NCBI GenBank assembly: GCA_039926185.1
Contig: JBDSXJ010000016.1
Coordinates: 14,786-78,785, forward strand
Direction: 5' to 3'
Length of the DNA: 64,000 nucleotides
From: Bryobacteraceae bacterium
Lineage (GTDB): Bacteria; Acidobacteriota; Terriglobia; Bryobacterales; Bryobacteraceae
In this document: in pieces, positions 18,931 to 27,434 of the stretch
How positions within the stretch are numbered: position 1 is the first letter of the stretch
Layout: each line of letters begins with the position of its first letter
The notes under the pieces: generated by a model
Seen by the model: the letters and a program-made list of their open reading frames with translations, nothing else
What the model was told of the DNA's origin: nothing
The model's database searches: none
Made by a program: the position numbers and the translations under genes

Positions 18931-21834
18931 TTGCGCATACTTTTCGTCCTGGCCCTGCTGCTAGCAACTACCGCGTGCGAAGAGGAGTTGACCCTAAAGA
19001 ACGGCGAGAAAGTCAATTGTGACCGAATAGAGACTAAGATTATTAAGGGCACTCTGTATATCGATTGTTTCAACTCGTCCCCGCGAAGGGAGGATGTATC
19101 CAAGCGCTACAATGTGTCGGAGATCACCGGGTCCGACATTTACCCGAACGTCACCCTTAATGGCTATACTCGACTGCGAAGATCCTCTAGTACGCTAGCC
19201 TATTCCGCCACTACAAATTTATACAGCAGCGCCGGGGATTTCAACAACGATGGCATCGTCGACTACGTTACTCCTCCTCTTTCGGGCACCTCTCTAGTAC
19301 TGCGCTTTGGTCGAACCGACGGCACCTTCTCTTCCGAGCAACTCATCCCCGTCGGCGGCGATCCGCGCACGGTGGTCTCAGGAGACCTCACAGGCGACGG
19401 TCGACCGGACTTCGTCGCAGGACACCTAAATGGAATGTCTCTAGTGACCGCAACTGGTCCAACTGCCTATGCCCCCGCGCGCGAGCTCGCCCCCGGGGGT
19501 CGAGTCGAATCCATCTTCATGGCCGACTTCAACAATGACTCGCAACTCGACATCGCGGCACTCCTCTGGACCGGCAAGACGCTAGTCGTCTACCTCAACG
19601 CAGGCGGCGGAAATTTCGGCGCAACCACCACACTCGCTCTCCCCGATGAAGCGCAAACCCTGGTCGCCGGCGATCTCAACGGAGACAGCCGCCCCGACCT
19701 CATCTTCACAACCAACCCAACTTTCGGAGGAACGCCGGTACTGATGGCCGCCCTCAACAACGGCACCGGAGCCTTCACCAGTGTCCTCTCGTCTCCCCTC
19801 CCCGAAACAGCGAACTACCTGGGCATCAACGACGTCAACAGCGATGGCCGTTTAGACGCCGTGGTTCGACTCGCTAACGGATTGATCTCCATCCACCTCG
19901 GCGATGGCGCAGGCCGCTTCAACCGACGGTCCGTCCACAGCGGGGGCTATGCTTTCAAGACCGGCTTCGACTTCTACGACGACACCTCAGTCAACCGCTT
20001 CTTAGTAACTCCCGGTACCGGCACGATTCTCCTCCGGGCGACCACCTTCAACCCCGATGGATCGCTCGACAACACCCCCGCCGTCGGCTTCCCCGGCTTC
20101 ACCAGAAACGCCCGCGTAGCCGACTTCAACAACGACACCCAACCCGACATCATCGCCGCAGGCGACGGCGGCTTCGGCCGCGTTGGTGGTCTCTGGGTCC
20201 GCCTAAAACAAGGCGACACCTACGCCCCCGCCATCGCCATCGGATCTCTAAAACCCTCCGCCATCGAAATCGCCGACGTGAATGGCGACAACCGCCCGGA
20301 CATCGTCGCTCTAGAAAGCACGGGCACGGGAGCAACCGCCTCCATCGCCCTCAACAACGGCAACGGCACCTTCGCCGCACCCGTCAAAATCTGGGATCAG
20401 CCCGACAACAACTTCACCTCCTATAACCTCCTGGTCTCCGATTGGAACAACGATCAGCGCCCCGACATAGCATTCGTCGGCGACACCAGCATCTACACCC
20501 TGGTCAACACCGGCAACGCCAGCTTCCGCGCCCCCGCGACCCTCGCCGTGCCCAACCGAACTTTCAATGTGATCCTCGGCGACATCAACAGTGATGGCCG
20601 ACAAGACATGCTCGTCATGACCGGACAGCGCACCACCGTGCTCAGCGGGCGAAATCCCGTCCTGGTCCGCTACCTCGCGCAAGCCGACGGCACCTTCAGC
20701 ACAGCGTCCGACGTGCTCACCTCAAAGGTCAACGCAGTCGGCCGCGTGCTCGCCGTGATTGACATCAACAAAGACAACCTCCCAGACGTTGTCTACAGCG
20801 CCACTCCCGATCTCTCTGCTGACAGCGTACGCATCCAACTCGGACAGCCCGGCGGAGGTTTTGTCGAAGGCAAAGTTTTCGGCGGCAACTCCATCCTGTT
20901 CGCCGACGTCGACGGGGATGGCCGGCTCGACGCCGTCGGCATAGGCAGCAACCGGACCTTCTATCGTGGCCGCGGCGATGGGACCTTCGGAAACCCGCTC
21001 ATCCTGCCCGATGGCACCAACCTAGCTACCGCCAATCTCAATAACGACAACAAGACCGACTTCATCTCCATCACACCCGGTCTCGAAAGCTTCGTGCTTC
21101 CCTTGCCCTCTGATTTCACACCGCAAAATAACGCCGATGTCGTCTCCGCCGCCAGTTCGCAGTTGATTCCCGCAGCCCCTGCCAGCATCGTTTCGGTGTA
21201 CGGCACTGGCCTCGCGACAGGCACCGAGGCAACCCCGTCCCCCGCGTGGCCCACCACCCTCGCCGGGACCACAGCCACCGTGCAAGCCTCAGGAGGAGTC
21301 CGTTACCCCGCGCAGTTGGCCTACGCCTCACCCGGCCAAGTGAATCTGCTGATCCCCAAAGAGGTCCCCTTCGACATTACCGCCACCATCCAGATCACCA
21401 GTTCGTCCGGAACCATTTCCAATGGCCTCGTCCAAATCAGCAAAGTCTCACCGGGAATTTTCAACGTGGGCGCGAGCCTCGCCGCTGCGAACCTGCTGCG
21501 CGTGCGCGCTGGAGTGCAAACCATCGAGCCGGTCGTGACCATCGAGAATGGTCAACTCGTCGCTCTCCCCATTGACCTGGGTCCAGCAACCGACCAACTC
21601 TTCCTGCTCCTCTACGGCACCGGCATCCGAGGCCGCTTCGGTCTCAATGCGGTCTCCGCGACCATCGGCGGAGTCACCGCCCCCGTGACGTTCGCCGGCG
21701 ACCAGGGCCAGTTCCCCGGCGTCGACCAGATCAACGTGCAACTCCCGCGCTCCCTCGCTGGCCGCGGTATTGTGGATGTGGTTTTAAAGGTTGAATCCAC
21801 CACCGCCAACACAATTCGTATCGCCGTTAAGTAG
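18931..21834 (+). CDS. FG-GAP/VCBS-repeat lipoprotein with Solibacter-type C-terminal domain (TIGR03437-like)
   Basis: TTG start with GGAGG 8 nt upstream, and a lipobox LLLATTAC. About 12 Ca-loop repeats (DFNNDGIVD, GDLTGDGRPD, ADFNNDSQLD, GDLNGDSRPD, ADVDGDGRLD and others). C-terminal IVSVYGTGL...PGQVNLLIP...GDQGQFPGVDQINVQLP. Confidence 0.8.
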   Translation: MRILFVLALLLATTACEEELTLKNGEKVNCDRIETKIIKGTLYIDCFNSSPRREDVSKRYNVSEITGSDIYPNVTLNGYTRLRRSSSTLAYSATTNLYSSAGDFNNDGIVDYVTPPLSGTSLVLRFGRTDGTFSSEQLIPVGGDPRTVVSGDLTGDGRPDFVAGHLNGMSLVTATGPTAYAPARELAPGGRVESIFMADFNNDSQLDIAALLWTGKTLVVYLNAGGGNFGATTTLALPDEAQTLVAGDLNGDSRPDLIFTTNPTFGGTPVLMAALNNGTGAFTSVLSSPLPETANYLGINDVNSDGRLDAVVRLANGLISIHLGDGAGRFNRRSVHSGGYAFKTGFDFYDDTSVNRFLVTPGTGTILLRATTFNPDGSLDNTPAVGFPGFTRNARVADFNNDTQPDIIAAGDGGFGRVGGLWVRLKQGDTYAPAIAIGSLKPSAIEIADVNGDNRPDIVALESTGTGATASIALNNGNGTFAAPVKIWDQPDNNFTSYNLLVSDWNNDQRPDIAFVGDTSIYTLVNTGNASFRAPATLAVPNRTFNVILGDINSDGRQDMLVMTGQRTTVLSGRNPVLVRYLAQADGTFSTASDVLTSKVNAVGRVLAVIDINKDNLPDVVYSATPDLSADSVRIQLGQPGGGFVEGKVFGGNSILFADVDGDGRLDAVGIGSNRTFYRGRGDGTFGNPLILPDGTNLATANLNNDNKTDFISITPGLESFVLPLPSDFTPQNNADVVSAASSQLIPAAPASIVSVYGTGLATGTEATPSPAWPTTLAGTTATVQASGGVRYPAQLAYASPGQVNLLIPKEVPFDITATIQITSSSGTISNGLVQISKVSPGIFNVGASLAAANLLRVRAGVQTIEPVVTIENGQLVALPIDLGPATDQLFLLLYGTGIRGRFGLNAVSATIGGVTAPVTFAGDQGQFPGVDQINVQLPRSLAGRGIVDVVLKVESTTANTIRIAVK

Positions 21835-21848
21835 TCTGGAGAACAATC

Positions 21849-22067
21849 ATGGACGAAACTCTGGTCATGGTGAAATCATTCGAGAGTCAACAAGCTGCCG
21901 ACATGGCCGCCAGCGCCCTTGAATCGGCAGGAATTGAATGCATGATCCAGGCCGACTCCGTGGGCGGTATGCGCCACCACATCGCCTGGACCTCGGGAGG
22001 CTTCAAACTCCTGGTCCGCGAAGAAGACGCCGTGGCCGCAGCCGAGGCGCTCGAACCCGTAGCCTAG
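21849..22067 (+). CDS. DUF2007-like small protein (putative signal-transducing protein fold)
   Basis: 72 aa, MVKSFESQQAADMAASALESAGIECMIQ... The family assignment is from memory. Confidence 0.55.
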   Translation: MDETLVMVKSFESQQAADMAASALESAGIECMIQADSVGGMRHHIAWTSGGFKLLVREEDAVAAAEALEPVA

Positions 22068-22312
22068 TCCCCGGTCGCAGCAAACAGACTCTGCTGCCGC
22101 CCCGCATCCGGATCCACCTTCGCTCGCGGCGGAGGCGGCGGAGCGAATGTCCGCATCAGCTTCAACACCTGCTGATGTGTTTCGAAAATGGTCTGCAAAT
22201 CCTGACACCGCGGACACCCGCCCCGAATCGCAGCCGACCCCTCGGCCTCAGGATCAAACATCGGATGGCGCGAGCACTTCCCCTGCCACTTCACAGTTCC
22301 AATCTTCAACAT
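22064..22312 (-). CDS. Hypothetical Cys-containing small protein (82 aa)
   Basis: Sits 32 nt downstream of the DUF4412-like gene. Contains GKCSRH...GGCPRC (3 Cys plus His). It shares a palindromic CTAG stop with the convergent DUF2007-like gene. Confidence 0.4.
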   Translation of the reverse strand: MLKIGTVKWQGKCSRHPMFDPEAEGSAAIRGGCPRCQDLQTIFETHQQVLKLMRTFAPPPPPRAKVDPDAGRQQSLFAATGD

Positions 22313-22344
22313 GCTCCAGCCATCATACCCATCCCGGAGCCGCC

Positions 22345-23157
22345 TTACTTCGCGCGGCCCTTCCCCTTCGCCGCGCCGATCCCCGGCATCTCCGCCAACG
22401 TCGCCGTTCCCGTAGAAAAATCCGCATCCGTCAGCGAAGCCTCCGCAACGGACTTCACGGAATCCCGAGTAGTCGCCTTCCCATTTACGAAATGCACAGT
22501 CTGCACCGGAAGCCCGTTAATTCCCTGCTCCGTGAGCCCCGTCCCCGAAGTCGAGACTAGCCCGCCCAGCGGCCCACTCTGCAACGCCTTCATCATCCCC
22601 GCAAGATACTCGCGCATCTTCTCCATCACCGCGAAATCCGCAGGCCCCAACTTCAAATCACCCATCGACGCCGCGCAAATCTCACTGATCTTGGTCCCAT
22701 TCTGCGCCCCATCATAGTTCGTGCACTTGAACCCGTTCGCCGTCCCTGCGCCCTTCGCCGTATACGTCGTCCCCACAGGGCTCGCCACCTGCGTCTGCCC
22801 CAACTTGCCCTTCAGCGCAGCTTCCATCTGCGCCCGCGCCGCCGGAGGCATGTTCTTCATCGCCGCTTCCATCTGGCTCGACATTCCCGCCATCTGCGCG
22901 CCCAGCGCGTCCATCGTCGCCTGATCCATCACCCGATAGGTATTGCGAACCTTATCGAGCATCACCACCCGAGCCCCGCCTTTCGACAGAAACATCACCA
23001 CCGTGTCGCCGTTATCCACCTTCAGCCGATCCGCATCCAGAAGGATCGCCCGCGGCGTAACCTTGTTCGTTGCCAGATCGACCGTCTCCGCCGTAATCCG
23101 CTTCCCAGCGAAAACCGGAGCGATCATCACAAGCAATGCAACGAGTGTGTTCTTCAT
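22345..23157 (-). CDS. Secreted protein, DUF4412-like (assignment from memory)
   Basis: 270 aa with signal peptide MKNTLVALLVMIAPVFA. Met/Ala/Gly-rich and resembles the neighbouring paralogue. Confidence 0.55.
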   Translation of the reverse strand: MKNTLVALLVMIAPVFAGKRITAETVDLATNKVTPRAILLDADRLKVDNGDTVVMFLSKGGARVVMLDKVRNTYRVMDQATMDALGAQMAGMSSQMEAAMKNMPPAARAQMEAALKGKLGQTQVASPVGTTYTAKGAGTANGFKCTNYDGAQNGTKISEICAASMGDLKLGPADFAVMEKMREYLAGMMKALQSGPLGGLVSTSGTGLTEQGINGLPVQTVHFVNGKATTRDSVKSVAEASLTDADFSTGTATLAEMPGIGAAKGKGRAK

Positions 23158-23210
23158 GCCTTAATTCTAAGCCTCCATGTTCGTAAAATCAGTACTAAGT
23201 TAGTTCGAGC

Positions 23211-23978
23211 CTACGGGATCTTAATGGACGGCGGATCCACCCGGACCGCGTCGCCAACAGAAAAGTCCGCATCGGTAAACACGACATCCTCGACCGACAC
23301 AAATTTTTCACTGTAGATGTGGGCGCCCTGGAATAACATGTCCGTACGTAGAGGAATTCCTCGTAATTCCGGATTCATCATGAGCGCGGATTCCATATCC
23401 ATCATTGCGTTTGTGAGCAGGTTGTCACCCAACCCCTCCAGCATCTTGAACTGGCAGTCGCCAGCCTGCTCAGCAATCCGGAACTCGTCCGTGATTCCCA
23501 GATCAGCCGGCTTCGCAATACAGGTCTCGGAGGTTTTCTCATTGCCTGTCATCTGATCAAAGATTAGGCAAGGGATGCCGTTGACCCGATCCGTACCGGT
23601 AGACGTGTAGGTCATTACAGCCTGCGACATCTTGAGCGTTTTGGACATCTGCTCTCGAAACTCCGCAGGCACCGACTCCATGAGCTTATCCATCTTGGCT
23701 TGTAAGCCTTGAAAACTGGCGGCCAAGATCTCAAAGTACCTGCGGTCTATCGCGTAGTATTCTCGCTTCTTGGTGTCGATGACCAGAAACTCGTATCCAT
23801 CGCCCGCCGCCCGGGTCAGCATGACGAACCCTTCCGTGCTGGAGCGCATCCGTGTCCCGTCCAACAGGATCTCGCTTCGCCGCGTCACCTTGCCGTCCGA
23901 CCCTTCGGACACAATCCGCTTACCTGCCAGCGCCGGCAACGCCAACAAACAACAGATAAGCAGCACCCTCATTTCCAA
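23211..23978 (-). CDS. Secreted protein, DUF4412-like paralogue
   Basis: 255 aa with signal peptide MEMRVLLICCLLALPALA. Same layout as 22345..23157 (GKRI..E, VM(F)L, Y.V(I)D). Confidence 0.55.
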   Translation of the reverse strand: MEMRVLLICCLLALPALAGKRIVSEGSDGKVTRRSEILLDGTRMRSSTEGFVMLTRAAGDGYEFLVIDTKKREYYAIDRRYFEILAASFQGLQAKMDKLMESVPAEFREQMSKTLKMSQAVMTYTSTGTDRVNGIPCLIFDQMTGNEKTSETCIAKPADLGITDEFRIAEQAGDCQFKMLEGLGDNLLTNAMMDMESALMMNPELRGIPLRTDMLFQGAHIYSEKFVSVEDVVFTDADFSVGDAVRVDPPSIKIP

Positions 23979-24967
23979 TCCGCCACAAAAACATTGAACT
24001 CGTAGTTCCCCGTACCCTGATAGCTCGACGCAAACGCCAACTTCTTCCCATCCGGCGAAAACTCCGGGAACGACGTGAAACCGCCGTAAGTCGTCAACTG
24101 CTCCAACCCCGACCCGTCCACGTTCACCATGAACATCTCAAAGTCCCGAGAATCGCACTTGTTCTTGTTCGAGGAAAACAAGATCTTCTTGCCATCCGGC
24201 GAGAACGTCGGAGCAAAACTCGCGCACCCGTAATTCGTAATCTGCTTCTTGTTCGACCCGTCCCGATTCGCCGTCCACAACTCCATCTTCATCGGAGTCG
24301 TCAAATCGTCCGCCAGCAGTCCCTTGTAATTCGCCAGCTTCTCCGCCGTGTCCGGATGGAACGCGCGCCACACCATCTTCGATCCGTCTCGCGAGAACAC
24401 CGCTCCACCGTCATACCCAACCGACTGCGTGATCTGCTTCTTACCGGACCCGTCCGCCTTCATCGTCCACAAATCCAAATCGCCCGAGGCCTTCGAGGTG
24501 TAAATGATCTCGTCCTTGTTCTTCCAGTTCACCGTCGCCTCGGCGTCGTATCCCGGAGCATCCGTCAGCTTCTTCTCGATCTTGCCGTTCTCATCCGCCA
24601 GGAAAATATCGAAGCCTTTGAACACCGCCCATACATAGCCCTTGCTGCGATCCGCAGGAGTAGGACACGCCGGCCCCGCCTCATGCGTCGACGCGTACAC
24701 GAAGTGCTTGCTATCCGCCAGAAAGTATCCGCAGGTCGTGACGCCCTTGCCTGTCGAAACCATCTTCTGATCCGACCCATCGGCCTTCATCGTGTAAATC
24801 TGATCGCACTGCGAATCCCCGCGCGTAGATTGGAAAATGAGCTTCGACCCATCCGGTGACCAATACGCCTCCGCGTTCTGTCCGCCATGCGTCAATTGCT
24901 TCAGATTAGAAAGATGCGAGCTCTGCGCAACGCAAAGAACCGGCAGGAAGAATAGAAGAACCTTCAT
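23969..24967 (-). CDS. TolB-like periplasmic beta-propeller (PD40/WD40-like repeats)
   Basis: ATG 24967 (MKVLLFFLPVLCVAQ). Repeated SPDGSKLIF, SRDGSKMVW, SPDGKKILF and SPDGKKLAF motifs. 10-nt overlap with the downstream gene. Confidence 0.8.
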   Translation of the reverse strand: MKVLLFFLPVLCVAQSSHLSNLKQLTHGGQNAEAYWSPDGSKLIFQSTRGDSQCDQIYTMKADGSDQKMVSTGKGVTTCGYFLADSKHFVYASTHEAGPACPTPADRSKGYVWAVFKGFDIFLADENGKIEKKLTDAPGYDAEATVNWKNKDEIIYTSKASGDLDLWTMKADGSGKKQITQSVGYDGGAVFSRDGSKMVWRAFHPDTAEKLANYKGLLADDLTTPMKMELWTANRDGSNKKQITNYGCASFAPTFSPDGKKILFSSNKNKCDSRDFEMFMVNVDGSGLEQLTTYGGFTSFPEFSPDGKKLAFASSYQGTGNYEFNVFVADWK

Positions 24968-25210
24968 CCCGTCATTGTAGCCGCACCAGCCCCGCGCTAC
25001 CGTGTGTGTGAAAACGAGTAACGACGAAGGTAATGAAAAACGCCTGAAAAAGGGTGAGGCGGTACGTACAGTAAATATGCGCGATCCGGCGGTCCGGGCC
25101 ACCTACGCCCGCAGCCAAGACTCCAACTTCGCTTCTTCTCTTGCCGCTACACGTCCAGTTCCCACACACTCGTCTGCACGGGGCTTCGATATACTGGCTG
25201 CACTTCAACT

Positions 25211-26119
25211 ATGGACGCTGTCAATATTTCTCATGTCACTAAGACCTTCGGCGAGGAGGTCACGGCTGTCGACGATTTGTCGCTGACGATTCCTCAAGGG
25301 GCGGTGTATGGATTCATAGGGCCCAATGGGTCGGGGAAGAGTACGACGATGCGGATGATCGTCAATATTTTCTATCCTGATTCGGGCTCGATTCAAGTAT
25401 TTGGGAAAGAGCGGCGCGGGGTTGGCGGGGATCCGATTGGGTATCTGCCGGAGGAGCGTGGGCTGTATCGGCAGATGGAGGTGCGGACGCTGCTGGAGTT
25501 CTATGGCGAGTTGCGGTCGGGGCGGAGTGTCAAGAAAGAAGTCAACGAGTGGTTGAAGCGGCTCGATTTGGAGAAGTGGGGGGACAAGAAAGTTGAAGCC
25601 TTGAGCAAGGGGATGAGCCAGAAGGTGCAGTTCATCGCTACGGTGGTGCCGGAGCCGAAGCTGCTGATCTTGGATGAACCGTTTTCGGGGCTGGATCCGG
25701 TGAGTGCGCAGGCGATTCGGGATGCGGTGTTGGAGATGAAGCGGCGAGGGACGACCATCATCTTGAGCACGCACGATATGAGTGTCGCGGGTAGCTTGTG
25801 CGATTCGATCTTCATGATCTTCAAGGGCAAGAAAGTGCTCGATGGGACGTTATCCGCGATTCAGAGCCAGTATGGGCGGGACACGATACGCGTTGAGGTG
25901 TCGGGAGGCGTTGCTGCGGTCCAGGGGATTGCGGGGGTGGAGCAGGTTCAGGATCACGGGCAGTTTCAGGACCTGAGGATCGGGCGCGAATGTGATCCAC
26001 AGGCGGTACTGCGAACGCTGCTCAGCCGTGGGGCGGTGAATAGTTTCTCTATAGTGCAGCCGTCGCTGCACGATATTTTCGTGCGGATCGCGGGTCCGGA
26101 GGTGGCGGATGCTGCGTAG
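25211..26119 (+). CDS. ABC transporter ATP-binding protein
   Basis: Walker A GPNGSGKST, signature LSKGMSQK, Walker B LLILDEP. Confidence 0.9.
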   Translation: MDAVNISHVTKTFGEEVTAVDDLSLTIPQGAVYGFIGPNGSGKSTTMRMIVNIFYPDSGSIQVFGKERRGVGGDPIGYLPEERGLYRQMEVRTLLEFYGELRSGRSVKKEVNEWLKRLDLEKWGDKKVEALSKGMSQKVQFIATVVPEPKLLILDEPFSGLDPVSAQAIRDAVLEMKRRGTTIILSTHDMSVAGSLCDSIFMIFKGKKVLDGTLSAIQSQYGRDTIRVEVSGGVAAVQGIAGVEQVQDHGQFQDLRIGRECDPQAVLRTLLSRGAVNSFSIVQPSLHDIFVRIAGPEVADAA

Positions 26120-27396
26120 GATTTTGTTGATCGCCAAGCGGGACTACATTGCGTCGGTGTTGCGGAAGGCGTTCTTGATCGGGCTGGTGGTGACGCCGCT
26201 ATTCATGGGCGGAACATTCGCGGGGATGGCGTTGCTGCGGGTGCAGCAGAGCGGTCAGGTGCGCAAGGTGGCGCTGGTGGATCATTCGGGAATCGCGGCG
26301 GCTTGACATCATCGATGTGGTCGAGAAACAGAATGACGCTCAGGCGAAGGCCGTGCAGGCGCTGGCTGGCGTGACGTACACGCTTGAGGCGGTGGCTCCG
26401 GATGAGAAGGATGCGCAGGGGCAGCGGCTGGCGTTGTCGGATCGGGTGCGCGGGGGCGAGCTGTTTATGTTCGCGGACATCGATCAGACCGGGTCGAAGG
26501 TCACGTTGTTCGCCAGCGGGAGTGGAATTGATGACACGCGGGCGTGGTTCAACGATGCGCTGAACACCGGTCTGCGGCGGGTCCGGTTACGGCAGGCGGG
26601 GCTTAGTGCGGAGAGGATCGCACAGGCGCTTACGCCGGTTCGGGTGGAGCGATTGGGTTTGTTGGGGCGCGATCTGGCTACAGGCGCGGTGCAGGAGGCG
26701 AAGACTCGCAACGAAGCGGCGGGGTTCGCTGTGCCGCTGGCGATGATGATCTTGATGTTCATGATCGTGATGGGATCGGCGGCTCCGATGTTGGGGGCGA
26801 TTGCCGAGGACAAGATGCAGAGGGTGTTTGAGATGCTACTGGCGACGACGACTCCGTTCGAGTTGATGATGGGGAAGGTGCTGGCGGCGGTGGGAAGGTC
26901 GTTAACGAGTTCGGTGTTCTACGTGATCGGGGCGTTGCTGGGGCTGCAAGGGGCGGCGTTGCTGGGGTTGGTGCCGTTTGAGTTGCTGCCGTGGTTTTTC
27001 GCCTACGTGATCGCCGAGGTTACGATGTTGAGCGCGTTGGGGGCGGGGCTGGGGGCTGCGACGAGTGCTCCTCGTGATGCACAGAGTTTTGCGATTTTGT
27101 TGACACTGCCGGTGATGGTGCCGCTGTTCCTGATTATTCCGCTAGTGCAGAGTCCGAACGGGACTTTGGCGGTGGTGCTGTCGTTCATTCCGATTTTTAC
27201 TCCGATGGTGATGCTGTTGCGGCAGGCGATGCCCGGAGGGGTGCCGTGGTGGCAGCCTTGGGTTGGGTTGATGGGGGTGGTGCTGTGCACTTGGTTCGTG
27301 ACCTGGGTAGCGGGACGAATTTTCCGGGTCACGATTCTGATGCAGGGCAAGCCGCCGCGGTTGGGGGATTTGGTGCGGTGGGCGGCGCGGGGGTAA
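26109..27396 (+). pseudogene. ABC-2-type permease interrupted by an apparent 1-nt frameshift near 26296-26306 (real pseudogene or sequencing error)
   Basis: ORF 26109..26306 encodes TM1 plus VALVDHSGIAAA and then stops. The next frame continues LDIIDVVEKQNDA... through a large extracytoplasmic loop and 5-6 TMs (ORF 26317..27396). Together they make a normal ~425-aa permease. Confidence 0.6.
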
Positions 27397-27434
27397 TTCA
27401 AACTACCCGAAGGCGCCGCCGCGAAAGCACCACT

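Noticed and set aside
25002-25010. (GT)4 microsatellite in the TolB-like/ABC divergent spacer.
   Set aside because: It is too short to be meaningful and occurs only once.
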